Assembly: GCA_037381445.1 (NCBI GenBank)
Contig: JARRQT010000071.1
Location: 1-13,477, forward strand
DNA length: 13,477 bases
Reading direction: 5' to 3'
Source: Calditrichia bacterium
GTDB taxonomy: Bacteria; Calditrichota; Calditrichia; RBG-13-44-9
This document shows, one piece after another, positions 1 through 7,425 of this stretch. The translations under genes were made by a program, and so were the position numbers. The stretch's first letter is position 1; each line of letters starts with the position of its first letter. The notes under the pieces are model-generated. The model was not told the origin of the DNA. It was given only the letters and a program-made list of their open reading frames with translations, and searched no databases.

Positions 1-238
1 CTGTTTTTACGCTGGCCAGCCTTTATTTCATTTATTTTAAATTCATGGTGCTGTTTTAGACGGAAGCGGTCTCCGGGAGGCGCGAGGAATATCGTTCCGG
101 CATATCGCTGTTCAATTGACCGTTTCGGGGTGAAAAATCACTTCGGTTTTTCCCTGCCCGCAAATAATTTTTCATTTTTCCCACCTTTTTAATGCAGCAT
201 TCATAACATCGGACACCTGTTATCTTTTTCACACAATA

Positions 239-267
239 TTGCAAACCGGCCGGAAATGGTTTAAATT
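239..267 (+). promoter_or_regulatory. Putative sigma70 promoter for the IscU/NifU-like gene
   Basis: TTGCAA (239-244), 17-nt spacer, TAAATT (262-267); predicted start near 274. Confidence 0.55.
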
Positions 268-268
268 A

Positions 269-357
269 GCGACGGCGGACAGCTGAAAGAAACGCGGTGA
301 TAATGGTTCCGGCCAGCGAATGACAGATTCCGTGCGAATAAGAATCCGCTGCCGCCA
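269..357 (+). ncRNA. Candidate structured leader or small RNA of unassigned family
   Basis: GCGACGGCGGA (269-279) can pair with TCCGCTGCCGC (345-355) with one mismatch and one G-U; alternative register GGCGG-A-CAGC (274-283) with GCTGCCGCC (348-356); internal GCTG/CAGC and GATTC/GAATC helices; begins at the predicted transcription start. Confidence 0.25.
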
Positions 358-421
358 AATCACAAAAAATGCCGGATCCGGATTGTCACCCAAATTATGA
401 CATCAGATGAGGAACACCATA

Positions 422-823
422 ATGGACGAAAAGAGAATTGCCCTGCTGAAAGCCATGGGCTATCCCGATAAGGCCATCAACTATATCCTGAACCGCACCA
501 ATGTGGGGGAGATGGAAGACGCCTCCGTCACCGCCAAGGAGCAGGGAACCTGCGGGGACATCATGATTATCCATCTGAAAATTGAAGATGATATAATCCG
601 GCAGGCGAGATATGATTATATCGGCTGCGCGGGACTGCAGGCGGCGGCCTCGGCTATCACCGAAATGATAAAGGACCGGCCGCTGGGAGAAGCGGGCCGG
701 ATTAGCGCCGAAGATGTGCTGAATTTCCTGGGCGGTCTGCCTCAGCAGAAACACGAGTGCGCACTGCTGGCCAGCAATACCCTGAAAAGGGCGCTCAGCG
801 AGTACGCTCCTGCGTCGGCGTAA
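422..823 (+). CDS. IscU/NifU N-terminal-domain Fe-S cluster scaffold protein
   Basis: Three conserved Cys in TCGD, GCAG and LP..KHEC contexts. GAGGA (409-413) lies 8 nt before ATG 422, favouring it over ATG 407. Confidence 0.88.
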   Translation: MDEKRIALLKAMGYPDKAINYILNRTNVGEMEDASVTAKEQGTCGDIMIIHLKIEDDIIRQARYDYIGCAGLQAAASAITEMIKDRPLGEAGRISAEDVLNFLGGLPQQKHECALLASNTLKRALSEYAPASA

Positions 824-855
824 TATCCCTTTTCACCAAGGTTCTGAACTTTTTT

Positions 856-892
856 GCGGGCCGGAATGCTGCTGTCATTTTCCGGCCTCTGC
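856..892 (+). terminator. GC-rich hairpin after the scaffold gene, possible terminator
   Basis: GGCCGGAATG (859-868) pairs with CATTTTCCGGCC (876-887) with a 2-nt bulge; the downstream U-tract is poor. Confidence 0.4.
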
Positions 893-972
893 TTCACGTG
901 CTTCATCCTCAAACTCACTCTCCGATCGCCGCTTTACCCGGATTTCATAGAAATTGGTTGTGCATCGCTGGT

Positions 973-1026
973 TATCAGATTTCTGAAACACTATCAAAAT
1001 TCTGAAAAGATTTTAGAACTTTTCAC
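973..1026. promoter_or_regulatory. Tandem pseudo-palindromic sites, putative enhancer (UAS) for a sigma54 activator
   Basis: TATCAGATTTCTGAAA (973-988) and TATCAAAATTCTGAAA (992-1007) match at 14/16; core TCAGA-N2-TCTGA; a third degenerate site starts in phase at 1011 (TTTTAGAA); about 150-200 bp upstream of the putative sigma54 start. Confidence 0.55.
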
Positions 1027-1147
1027 AGCTTCCAATAAAAAATATTGCCGAACCGCATCTTCTCTTCACTTTCCTATTCCTTTGATTCCAATGCAGTTAT
1101 GAACAGGCAGATCAAACGGTTCTGAAAATTCCTGTCGATCCAATTCT

Positions 1148-1164
1148 TTGGTATTGTTTTTGAA
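1148..1164 (+). promoter_or_regulatory. Putative sigma54 (-24/-12) promoter of the lipoprotein-serpin operon
   Basis: TTGGTATTGTTTTTGAA: GG (1150-1151), exactly 10 nt, then GA in place of canonical GC; 56 nt before ATG 1220; a bacterial enhancer-binding protein (bEBP) gene lies in the same cluster. Confidence 0.55.
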
Positions 1165-1219
1165 ATAAGTATCATAGCAGTAGTGAATCAAAAACATAAT
1201 CCCATGGGCAGGCAACAAA

Positions 1220-1642
1220 ATGAAAACAATCCCCGCCATCCTGATGCTGCTTTTTACGGGCAGCTTGTTATTTAACTGCTCCACCTCGCAGGAGCCGCTG
1301 CTGAGCAGTGAAACATACAATTACGCTGCCTGGGACGACGCCAATCGCCGGATTGTCACCGGCTGGTTCAGGCTTCATTTTACGGATTCCGCCCGCGTGA
1401 CCGGAAACTGGCATTTCCAAAAAACAGCGAATGCGCAAAACAGCGGCCCGCAGTCCGGGGAGGGCAGACTGGAAGGCCGCGTGCAGGACGGTACGATCTC
1501 GATCAATCTCAATCCAGATTATGTTGATAATAACGTGTTCCTCATCGGCAGCTATACCCGCTTCCGCATAACCGGGAAATGGCAATACGTGTCTTTTATC
1601 GGCGTCACCAGCGAAGGAGATTTCAAAGCGGTCAGGTTTTGA
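1220..1642 (+). CDS. Hypothetical lipoprotein, predicted small beta-barrel
   Basis: Hydrophobic signal peptide ending LLFN-C20 (lipobox-like); mature region is alternating beta-strand pattern with two TG-x-W motifs (VTGNWHF, ITGKWQY). Confidence 0.8.
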   Translation: MKTIPAILMLLFTGSLLFNCSTSQEPLLSSETYNYAAWDDANRRIVTGWFRLHFTDSARVTGNWHFQKTANAQNSGPQSGEGRLEGRVQDGTISINLNPDYVDNNVFLIGSYTRFRITGKWQYVSFIGVTSEGDFKAVRF

Positions 1643-1710
1643 GTCGGCCATGAGGAACTAAAAATCAAGACATAAAATCATATGAGGTATTCAATCCTCG
1701 GGAGGTCAAA

Positions 1711-2946
1711 ATGTCATATCTTTTAAAAGCCACAATTTTAGGATTTTCCATCCTCCTGTTTATCACCTGCGATACCGTGACGGAACCGCTGCAAAAAAGC
1801 AAGAGGCAGGTAACTGCGCAGGAAGAGAAACTCATTTCGTCGGATAACAGGTTCGGCCTGAAACTTTTTAAGGAAATCGACAAACTGAATACTGATAAGA
1901 ACCTGTTCATCTCGCCCCTCAGCGTTTCCATGGCCCTGGGAATGGTGTTGAACGGCGCCGTCGGCGACACCCGCGAAGCCATGGAATCCGCCCTGGAGCT
2001 GCAGGGCCTCACCCAAGAGCAGATAAATCAATCGTACCAGTCGCTCATTCAGTTACTGAGAAATCTGGACCCGAAGGTGGTGTTTCAGATTGCCAACTCC
2101 ATCTGGTACCGGCACGATCTGGAATTCGAGCAGGATTTCATTAATCTCAACCGCAAATATTTCGACGCCTCGGTCACCGGACTGAATTTCACGGATCCCA
2201 ATTCGGTAAACATCATCAACAACTGGGTGGACCAGAACACCAACGGAAAAATTAAAGAGATTATCGATCAGCTTTCCCCGCTTGACATCATGGTGCTGGT
2301 GAACGCCATTTATTTCAAAGGGACCTGGACCTACCAGTTCAAAAAGGAATTGACGCGGGAAGATGATTTTCACCTCCCCGGCGGTTCAACCGTCAAATGC
2401 CGGATGATGCACCAGCAGAACAAATTTAACTATCAGAGCAATGATGAATTTCAGGCCGTCGACCTGCCCTACGGGGACGGCGATTTCCGGATGACCATCA
2501 TCCTCCCCAAGCCTAATATTGAGGTGAATACGCTGCTGCAGACGCTGGATGACGAAAAACTGGGTTCCGTCCTGCAGGGATTCTCCGGGAAGGAAGGCAC
2601 GCTGGAATTCCCCGCATTTAAACTGGAATATAGGATCGGTCTGAACGATGTACTGCGCAGCCTCGGCATGGGAATCGCCTTCGATCCCAACAAGGCCGAT
2701 TTCACCAAACTGTATAATGGGCCGCTGAATGCGTATATCAGCAGCGTGCTTCATAAGACCTGGGTGGAAGTAAATGAGGAAGGCACCGAGGCGGCCGCGG
2801 TCACCTCCGTCACGGTCGGGGTCACCTCCATCGGCGGGGACTCGCCCTTTTACATGCACTGCAACCGGCCGTTTATCTTCTTTATCCGGGAGAACCATTC
2901 CAGCAGCATTCTGTTTGCGGGGAAGATCATGAATCCGGAAGCATAG
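1711..2946 (+). CDS. Serpin-family protease inhibitor, lipoprotein
   Basis: Serpin motifs NLFISPLSVSMAL, INNWV..NTNGKI, LVNAIYFKGTW, hinge EEGTEAAAVT and signature NRPFIFFIRE..SILFAG.IMNP; signal peptide ending LFIT-C20; RBS GGAGGT at 1701-1706. Confidence 0.97.
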   Translation: MSYLLKATILGFSILLFITCDTVTEPLQKSKRQVTAQEEKLISSDNRFGLKLFKEIDKLNTDKNLFISPLSVSMALGMVLNGAVGDTREAMESALELQGLTQEQINQSYQSLIQLLRNLDPKVVFQIANSIWYRHDLEFEQDFINLNRKYFDASVTGLNFTDPNSVNIINNWVDQNTNGKIKEIIDQLSPLDIMVLVNAIYFKGTWTYQFKKELTREDDFHLPGGSTVKCRMMHQQNKFNYQSNDEFQAVDLPYGDGDFRMTIILPKPNIEVNTLLQTLDDEKLGSVLQGFSGKEGTLEFPAFKLEYRIGLNDVLRSLGMGIAFDPNKADFTKLYNGPLNAYISSVLHKTWVEVNEEGTEAAAVTSVTVGVTSIGGDSPFYMHCNRPFIFFIRENHSSSILFAGKIMNPEA

Positions 2947-2965
2947 CGGATTTTCTGCAGGCCTG

Positions 2966-2984
2966 TTTCAATTGAGAATTGAAA
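2966..2984. repeat. Perfect 8-bp inverted repeat between the serpin and barrel genes
   Basis: TTTCAATT-GAG-AATTGAAA. Confidence 0.45.
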
Positions 2985-3019
2985 AATCAACCATCAACTC
3001 AAACAGATGGAGTGAAATC

Positions 3020-4492
3020 ATGAAGGAAACCTTTCCCCGCATCATCGGCTGCTTTGCCATTATTTTGCTATTCATGCTTGCCATCAATCCCGCATCTGCC
3101 CAGCTCATATCACTGAAATCGATCCCGGTAGCGGAAGGCGATCAGTTCAATGTATTTCCCGACAAGAACCTGGGAATGGGCGGTATTTCGCTGGCGCTGA
3201 ATGACCTGCTGCACGATCCCTTCGTCAATCCGGCAAAAGGGGCCAGAATTCGGGGGATGCAGATTTTTAGTTCCCCCACCTTTTACAGCATTTCAAACGA
3301 AAACGGCTCCGCCCGCACCCTGCCGGTCGGATTACTCAACGGCAGCGGCCGCTATTTCGGCGGCCTGTCCATGTCCGTTCAGCAGCTTGAGAAACACAGC
3401 CTGGACGGCATCCAGCCTCTTTACGCACCCGAGATTCTCAGCGAACAGGCATCCAACAATATGTATGCCTTCGGCATGTTGGGAAGGAATGTCCTCGATG
3501 ACAGCACTTTTGCGGCTGCAAGCATTTTCTGGTCGGATCTGGGCGCGCTGGAAGGCGTCGATCTTCTGTTTCCGCGCAGCCGGAAAATCGATCAATCGGG
3601 AAACCTGCTGGACGTGAGGCTCGGGCTGCTGAGGGAACTGGGCGCCGGGCGTTCCCTGGAAGCGCTCCTGCTCTACAACCGCCTGGATATGACCTACAAT
3701 GTTTTCTATCTTGACGGAATACGCTTCGACATGGCCGGCTCGATTGTGGATTATTTGAGGCGGGAGAAAAATCAGGACCGCACCAACACCTACGGAATTC
3801 ATGTGGGATACATGCAGCCGGTGGGCGAAAACGGCTGGAAGGCCGGCAGCATCTTTACCTTCAATTACAAGACCCATCCCAAAATCCCCAATTATGAGCT
3901 GATGAACATTCCGCGAGACCCCGGCAACACGCGGGCCTTCAACGTGGGTTTGGGTTTCTCCAATCACATGGAAAATACAACCTTCGGCATTGACCTGATT
4001 TACGAACCGATCTGGAGCAAGACCTGGGCGGAAGCGGCGTCAGCCGTCACCACGCCCAGCGGCAAAGTGATTCTTCCGGGAGACAAAGCAGTGGAAAATC
4101 ATTTCAGGTTTTCAGACTATCTGGTGAAAATCGGTATCCGCCGGGAGACCGACAAGGCCGGGTTTCAGCTTGGCATGCAGGTACGCTCCATCCGCTACCG
4201 GCTGGAACAGTATAATTATATTGATGAATTTCAGCGACAGCAGACCGAACACTGGCTGGAGTGGAGTCCCAGTTGGGGCATCATTATTAAATTCCCGGAA
4301 TTTCAGTTGAATTATGTGGGAAGGGTCACCACCGGCACCGGTCAGCCGGGCATTGTGAGCAACTGGTTCGCCGCCGTGGACCGCGCCGCATTTGGCGCGG
4401 ATTATATTGTGGCCCCCGCCGGTTCCCTCACCCTGCAGGAATCCCTGGTGTTTATTAATCAACTGACAGTTTCCATTCCGCTGAATCATTGA
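3020..4492 (+). CDS. Outer-membrane beta-barrel protein, FadL/PorV-like
   Basis: Sec signal peptide (..NPASA/QL); N-terminal LGMGG-x6-D-x7-NPA motif resembling FadL/TodX/PorV-type barrels; amphipathic strands to the C-terminus; RBS GGAG (3009-3012) supports ATG 3020 over TTG 2972. Confidence 0.75.
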   Translation: MKETFPRIIGCFAIILLFMLAINPASAQLISLKSIPVAEGDQFNVFPDKNLGMGGISLALNDLLHDPFVNPAKGARIRGMQIFSSPTFYSISNENGSARTLPVGLLNGSGRYFGGLSMSVQQLEKHSLDGIQPLYAPEILSEQASNNMYAFGMLGRNVLDDSTFAAASIFWSDLGALEGVDLLFPRSRKIDQSGNLLDVRLGLLRELGAGRSLEALLLYNRLDMTYNVFYLDGIRFDMAGSIVDYLRREKNQDRTNTYGIHVGYMQPVGENGWKAGSIFTFNYKTHPKIPNYELMNIPRDPGNTRAFNVGLGFSNHMENTTFGIDLIYEPIWSKTWAEAASAVTTPSGKVILPGDKAVENHFRFSDYLVKIGIRRETDKAGFQLGMQVRSIRYRLEQYNYIDEFQRQQTEHWLEWSPSWGIIIKFPEFQLNYVGRVTTGTGQPGIVSNWFAAVDRAAFGADYIVAPAGSLTLQESLVFINQLTVSIPLNH

Positions 4493-4543
4493 GGGGAATG
4501 TCAATTGACCGGGCGGCAAAATTTTAGAGAACAAAATTAAGGC

Positions 4544-4573
4544 TTGAAAACAACCGCGATGAAAATGTATTTT
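4544..4573 (+). promoter_or_regulatory. Possible sigma70 promoter for the two-component operon
   Basis: TTGAAA (4544-4549), 18-nt spacer, TATTTT (4568-4573); RBS GAGGT (4586-4590) follows. Confidence 0.35.
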
Positions 4574-4598
4574 ATATCAACTCAAGAGGTTTGCTCAT

Positions 4599-6020
4599 TT
4601 GAAACCCCCGTTCGCAAAACTGCAGAAACTCTCTTTCCGAAGCCGGATTATCTTTACTTTTACCATCATCACCGCAATTCTGGTTATCATCATATCGCGG
4701 GTGGGATATTTGACAGTGAAGGAAATTTATTTGAATCAATTGAATGACCAGGCGGGTCTGCTGACGCGCCTGATTGCGGCGAATCTGGATCCGGATTATC
4801 TGGCCTATCTGGAACAGCCCTCTCCCCGCAACCTGGCCGCCGATTATTACCGTGATCATCTGCAAAAGCATGCGGAAGACATGGCGCTGGCCCACGCTTT
4901 TATTTTCAATAGCGATTTTAACGTCCGGGTGCAGATTGACACCCCGGGCATTTCCGCCGATCCCGAACCGGCACTGCTGCTCAACCGCAGGGAACTCGGC
5001 AGGCTGTCCGCGGGGCAGTCGATGATCTCCCTGCCGTTTAAAGGATTTGACGGCAGATGGTATCTGTGGGGCTTCTACCGCCTGGATGACAATTATTATC
5101 TGGGGATTCAGGAAAACGCCGCTCGTTTTTCCCGGGTTGACCAGCTCTCGAAAATCTTTCTGGCGATGGGGCTTTCCGGGATCCTGCTGACCATTCTGGC
5201 CGGCTGGCTGCTGGCCAATGCCCTGGCAAAGCCGATCAATAAGCTGGTGGATTTCAGCGGCGATATCGGGCAGGGGAATTTTGCCGCTCCCCTGCCGGAA
5301 GGCATGAAGGGAGAGCTTGCCGCGCTGGCCGGCGCCCTGGATAAGATGCGCGGCGATTTGGAACGGAATCACCGTGAGAAAGAGGAAATGCTGGCCCAGA
5401 TCGCCCACGAAATCAGGAATCCCCTGGGCGGAATTGAGCTTCTGGCGGGACTGGTGAAGGAGGATTTGAAAGCGGAAAACAGAGATACCGACTATGTGGA
5501 AAACATTCTCCGGGAAATTGCCGGCCTCAAATTATTGATCAATGCCTATCTGAATTACAGCCGCCCCATCGAAGCGCATCCAATTCCTGTGGAGATCGAA
5601 GAAATTATCGGGGAAATGAAAACCATGTTCGGCAAGCGGCTGCAAGAGCAGCATGCCACGCTCTCATTTTCCGGAGAAGCGCAGGAAATCCTGTTCGATC
5701 CGAACCACCTCCGGCAAATTTTCACCAACCTCATCGCTAACAGCCTGGAACACGGCGGCAGCCCCGAGGCCATCCGGATTCATTCCTACAAAAACGGGAA
5801 AAGTGGTTTTATCACGGTCTCCGACAACGGAGCAGGAATTCCCGAAAATGATATCGAAAAAATTTTCGAACCTTTTTTCAGCACCCGGCCGGACGGCAGC
5901 GGCCTGGGCCTCTCCATCTGCAAAAAATTATGCGAAGAAAACGGCGCCAGCATAACGGTCAAAAACAATGCGGAGCGCGGCTGCACATTTATCATTCAAA
6001 AAAATAATAATTTTAGCTGA
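4599..6020 (+). CDS. Membrane sensor histidine kinase (TM-periplasmic-TM-HAMP-HisKA-HATPase)
   Basis: Two hydrophobic helices, HAMP (KPINKL..ELAALAGALDKM), H-box AHEIRNPL, N-box NLIANS, G1 DNGAGI, F-box IFEPFFST, G2 GSGLGL; TTG start 8 nt after GAGGT. Confidence 0.96.
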   Translation: MKPPFAKLQKLSFRSRIIFTFTIITAILVIIISRVGYLTVKEIYLNQLNDQAGLLTRLIAANLDPDYLAYLEQPSPRNLAADYYRDHLQKHAEDMALAHAFIFNSDFNVRVQIDTPGISADPEPALLLNRRELGRLSAGQSMISLPFKGFDGRWYLWGFYRLDDNYYLGIQENAARFSRVDQLSKIFLAMGLSGILLTILAGWLLANALAKPINKLVDFSGDIGQGNFAAPLPEGMKGELAALAGALDKMRGDLERNHREKEEMLAQIAHEIRNPLGGIELLAGLVKEDLKAENRDTDYVENILREIAGLKLLINAYLNYSRPIEAHPIPVEIEEIIGEMKTMFGKRLQEQHATLSFSGEAQEILFDPNHLRQIFTNLIANSLEHGGSPEAIRIHSYKNGKSGFITVSDNGAGIPENDIEKIFEPFFSTRPDGSGLGLSICKKLCEENGASITVKNNAERGCTFIIQKNNNFS

Positions 6021-6051
6021 TGGTCAATTTGATATGAAACGGGACGAACAA

Positions 6052-7425
6052 ATGGAATTCAATGAAATCCTGGTTGTGGAAGACAATGAGACCATGCGCC
6101 TGGGGATTGTGGAAAGCCTGAAGCGGGACGGATACCGCCCGGTCGCCTTCGGCAACGGCCCCGAAGCCCTGGCATATTTTGAAAAGCGCCGTCCCGGAAT
6201 TGTCATTTCCGATCTGAAAATGGAGCCCATGGACGGTCTCAGGCTGCTGGAAGAAGTCAAGAGAATCGATGAGAAAACCGAAGTGCTGCTCATTTCCGCC
6301 TATGGAAGCATTGAAATCGCGGTGAAGGCTATGCAATTGGGGGCGGCCGATTTTCTGACCAAGCCTTTCTCGCCGGATGAGCTGCGCATCCGCCTGCGAA
6401 AACTGGCGGAGCGGATGGAACAGAAGCGGGCGCTGGATTTTCTGAAAGCGGAGAATATTCTGCTGAAGGATGAGCTGAGCGCACGCTATGCAGACATGAT
6501 TGGGATTTCGCGGCCCATGCAGCATATTTTTTCTCTCATCGAGAGGATTGCCGGGGAAAACAGCACGGTGCTGATCGAAGGGGAAAGCGGCACCGGCAAA
6601 GAACTGGTGGCGCGCGCAATCCACCAGAAAAGCCCCCGGGCGGAGAAACCGTTTATCAAGGTCAATTGCGGGGCGCTCAATGACAATCTTCTGGCCAGCG
6701 AACTTTTCGGCCATGAGAAGGGCGCCTTCACCGGCGCCATTAAACAGAAAAAGGGGCGCTTCGAACTGGCTCACCAGGGCACCCTGTTCCTGGATGAAAT
6801 CGGGGACATCTCTCCCGGCATGCAGATTCAGCTCCTGCGGGTCCTGCAGGAACAGCAATTTGAACGGGTGGGCGGAGAGGAAACCCTCTCGGTGGATGTG
6901 CGGATAATTTCCGCCACCAACAAGAATCTGCAGAAATTAATGTCGGAAGGGAATTTCCGGGAAGACCTCTATTACCGTCTGAGTGTTATTCCGGTAAAAC
7001 TGCCTTCCCTGCGCGAGCGAAAGGAAGATATTCCGCGGCTGATTGAGCACTTCCTCAAAAAGCTCACCCGCGGAAAGGATGACGCCGCGAAACGCCTCTC
7101 CGAGGAGACCCTCAGCCTGCTGCAGCAATATTCCTGGCCGGGCAACATCCGCGAACTGGAGAACCTGATGGAGCGGCTGCTGGTCATCTCCCCCGCCGGG
7201 GAAATCGATCCGCAACTGGTGGCCCGCCAGCTCGGCAACACCCCAGTGAATTTCGAAAATTATGATAATCTTCCCATGGAGGAAGCGGTCTACGCCTTTG
7301 AGAAGAACCTCATTCTGCACGCCCTGAAAGAGGCCGGCGGCGTCAAAAACCGGGCGGCGAAATTGCTGGGCATCGGCACCAGCACCCTGTATTACAAACT
7401 TGAAAAATTCGGGTTACTGAAATGA
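6052..7425 (+). CDS. Sigma54-dependent NtrC/AtoC-family response regulator (REC-AAA+-Fis HTH)
   Basis: Receiver (VVEDN, SDLKM, FLTKPF), Walker A GESGTGKE, intact GAFTGA, Walker B LFLDEIG, FREDLYYRL, WPGNIREL and HTH AAKLLGIGTSTLYYKL. Start is 6052 (GGGA upstream) or 6034; ATG 5968 overlaps the kinase gene and is unlikely. Confidence 0.97.
   Translation: MEFNEILVVEDNETMRLGIVESLKRDGYRPVAFGNGPEALAYFEKRRPGIVISDLKMEPMDGLRLLEEVKRIDEKTEVLLISAYGSIEIAVKAMQLGAADFLTKPFSPDELRIRLRKLAERMEQKRALDFLKAENILLKDELSARYADMIGISRPMQHIFSLIERIAGENSTVLIEGESGTGKELVARAIHQKSPRAEKPFIKVNCGALNDNLLASELFGHEKGAFTGAIKQKKGRFELAHQGTLFLDEIGDISPGMQIQLLRVLQEQQFERVGGEETLSVDVRIISATNKNLQKLMSEGNFREDLYYRLSVIPVKLPSLRERKEDIPRLIEHFLKKLTRGKDDAAKRLSEETLSLLQQYSWPGNIRELENLMERLLVISPAGEIDPQLVARQLGNTPVNFENYDNLPMEEAVYAFEKNLILHALKEAGGVKNRAAKLLGIGTSTLYYKLEKFGLLK

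Noticed and set aside
56..244. 62-aa minus-strand ORF (or 39 aa from ATG 175)
   Set aside because: No recognisable motif and it overlaps promoter-like AT-rich DNA; cannot be supported as a gene.
241..357. Resemblance to a c-di-GMP-I riboswitch (GCAAACC..GAAA), hammerhead/HDV ribozyme cores, or tRNA (GCCA end)
   Set aside because: GCAAACC overlaps the -35 box and the second GEMM stem is missing; no CUGANGA core, no HDV P1/P3 nesting, no T-loop or cloverleaf.
973..1026. Short repeats considered as a mini-CRISPR or iteron array
   Set aside because: Only 3-nt spacers, two to three degenerate copies, and no cas or rep gene; better explained as regulator binding sites.
757..1320. Short ORFs 757-1005, 854-1102 and 1066-1320
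   Set aside because: They overlap real genes or the regulatory region, lack RBSs and have no recognisable features.
112..4511. TCAATTGACCG present at 112-122 and 4501-4511
   Set aside because: A single 11-mer match with no shared flanks or consistent position; compatible with chance.
3332..6858. Long antisense ORFs (3332-3967, 4572-5408, 6013-6858; likewise 2386-2898 and 12350-13099)
   Set aside because: Shadow frames opposite well-supported genes, as expected from codon bias.
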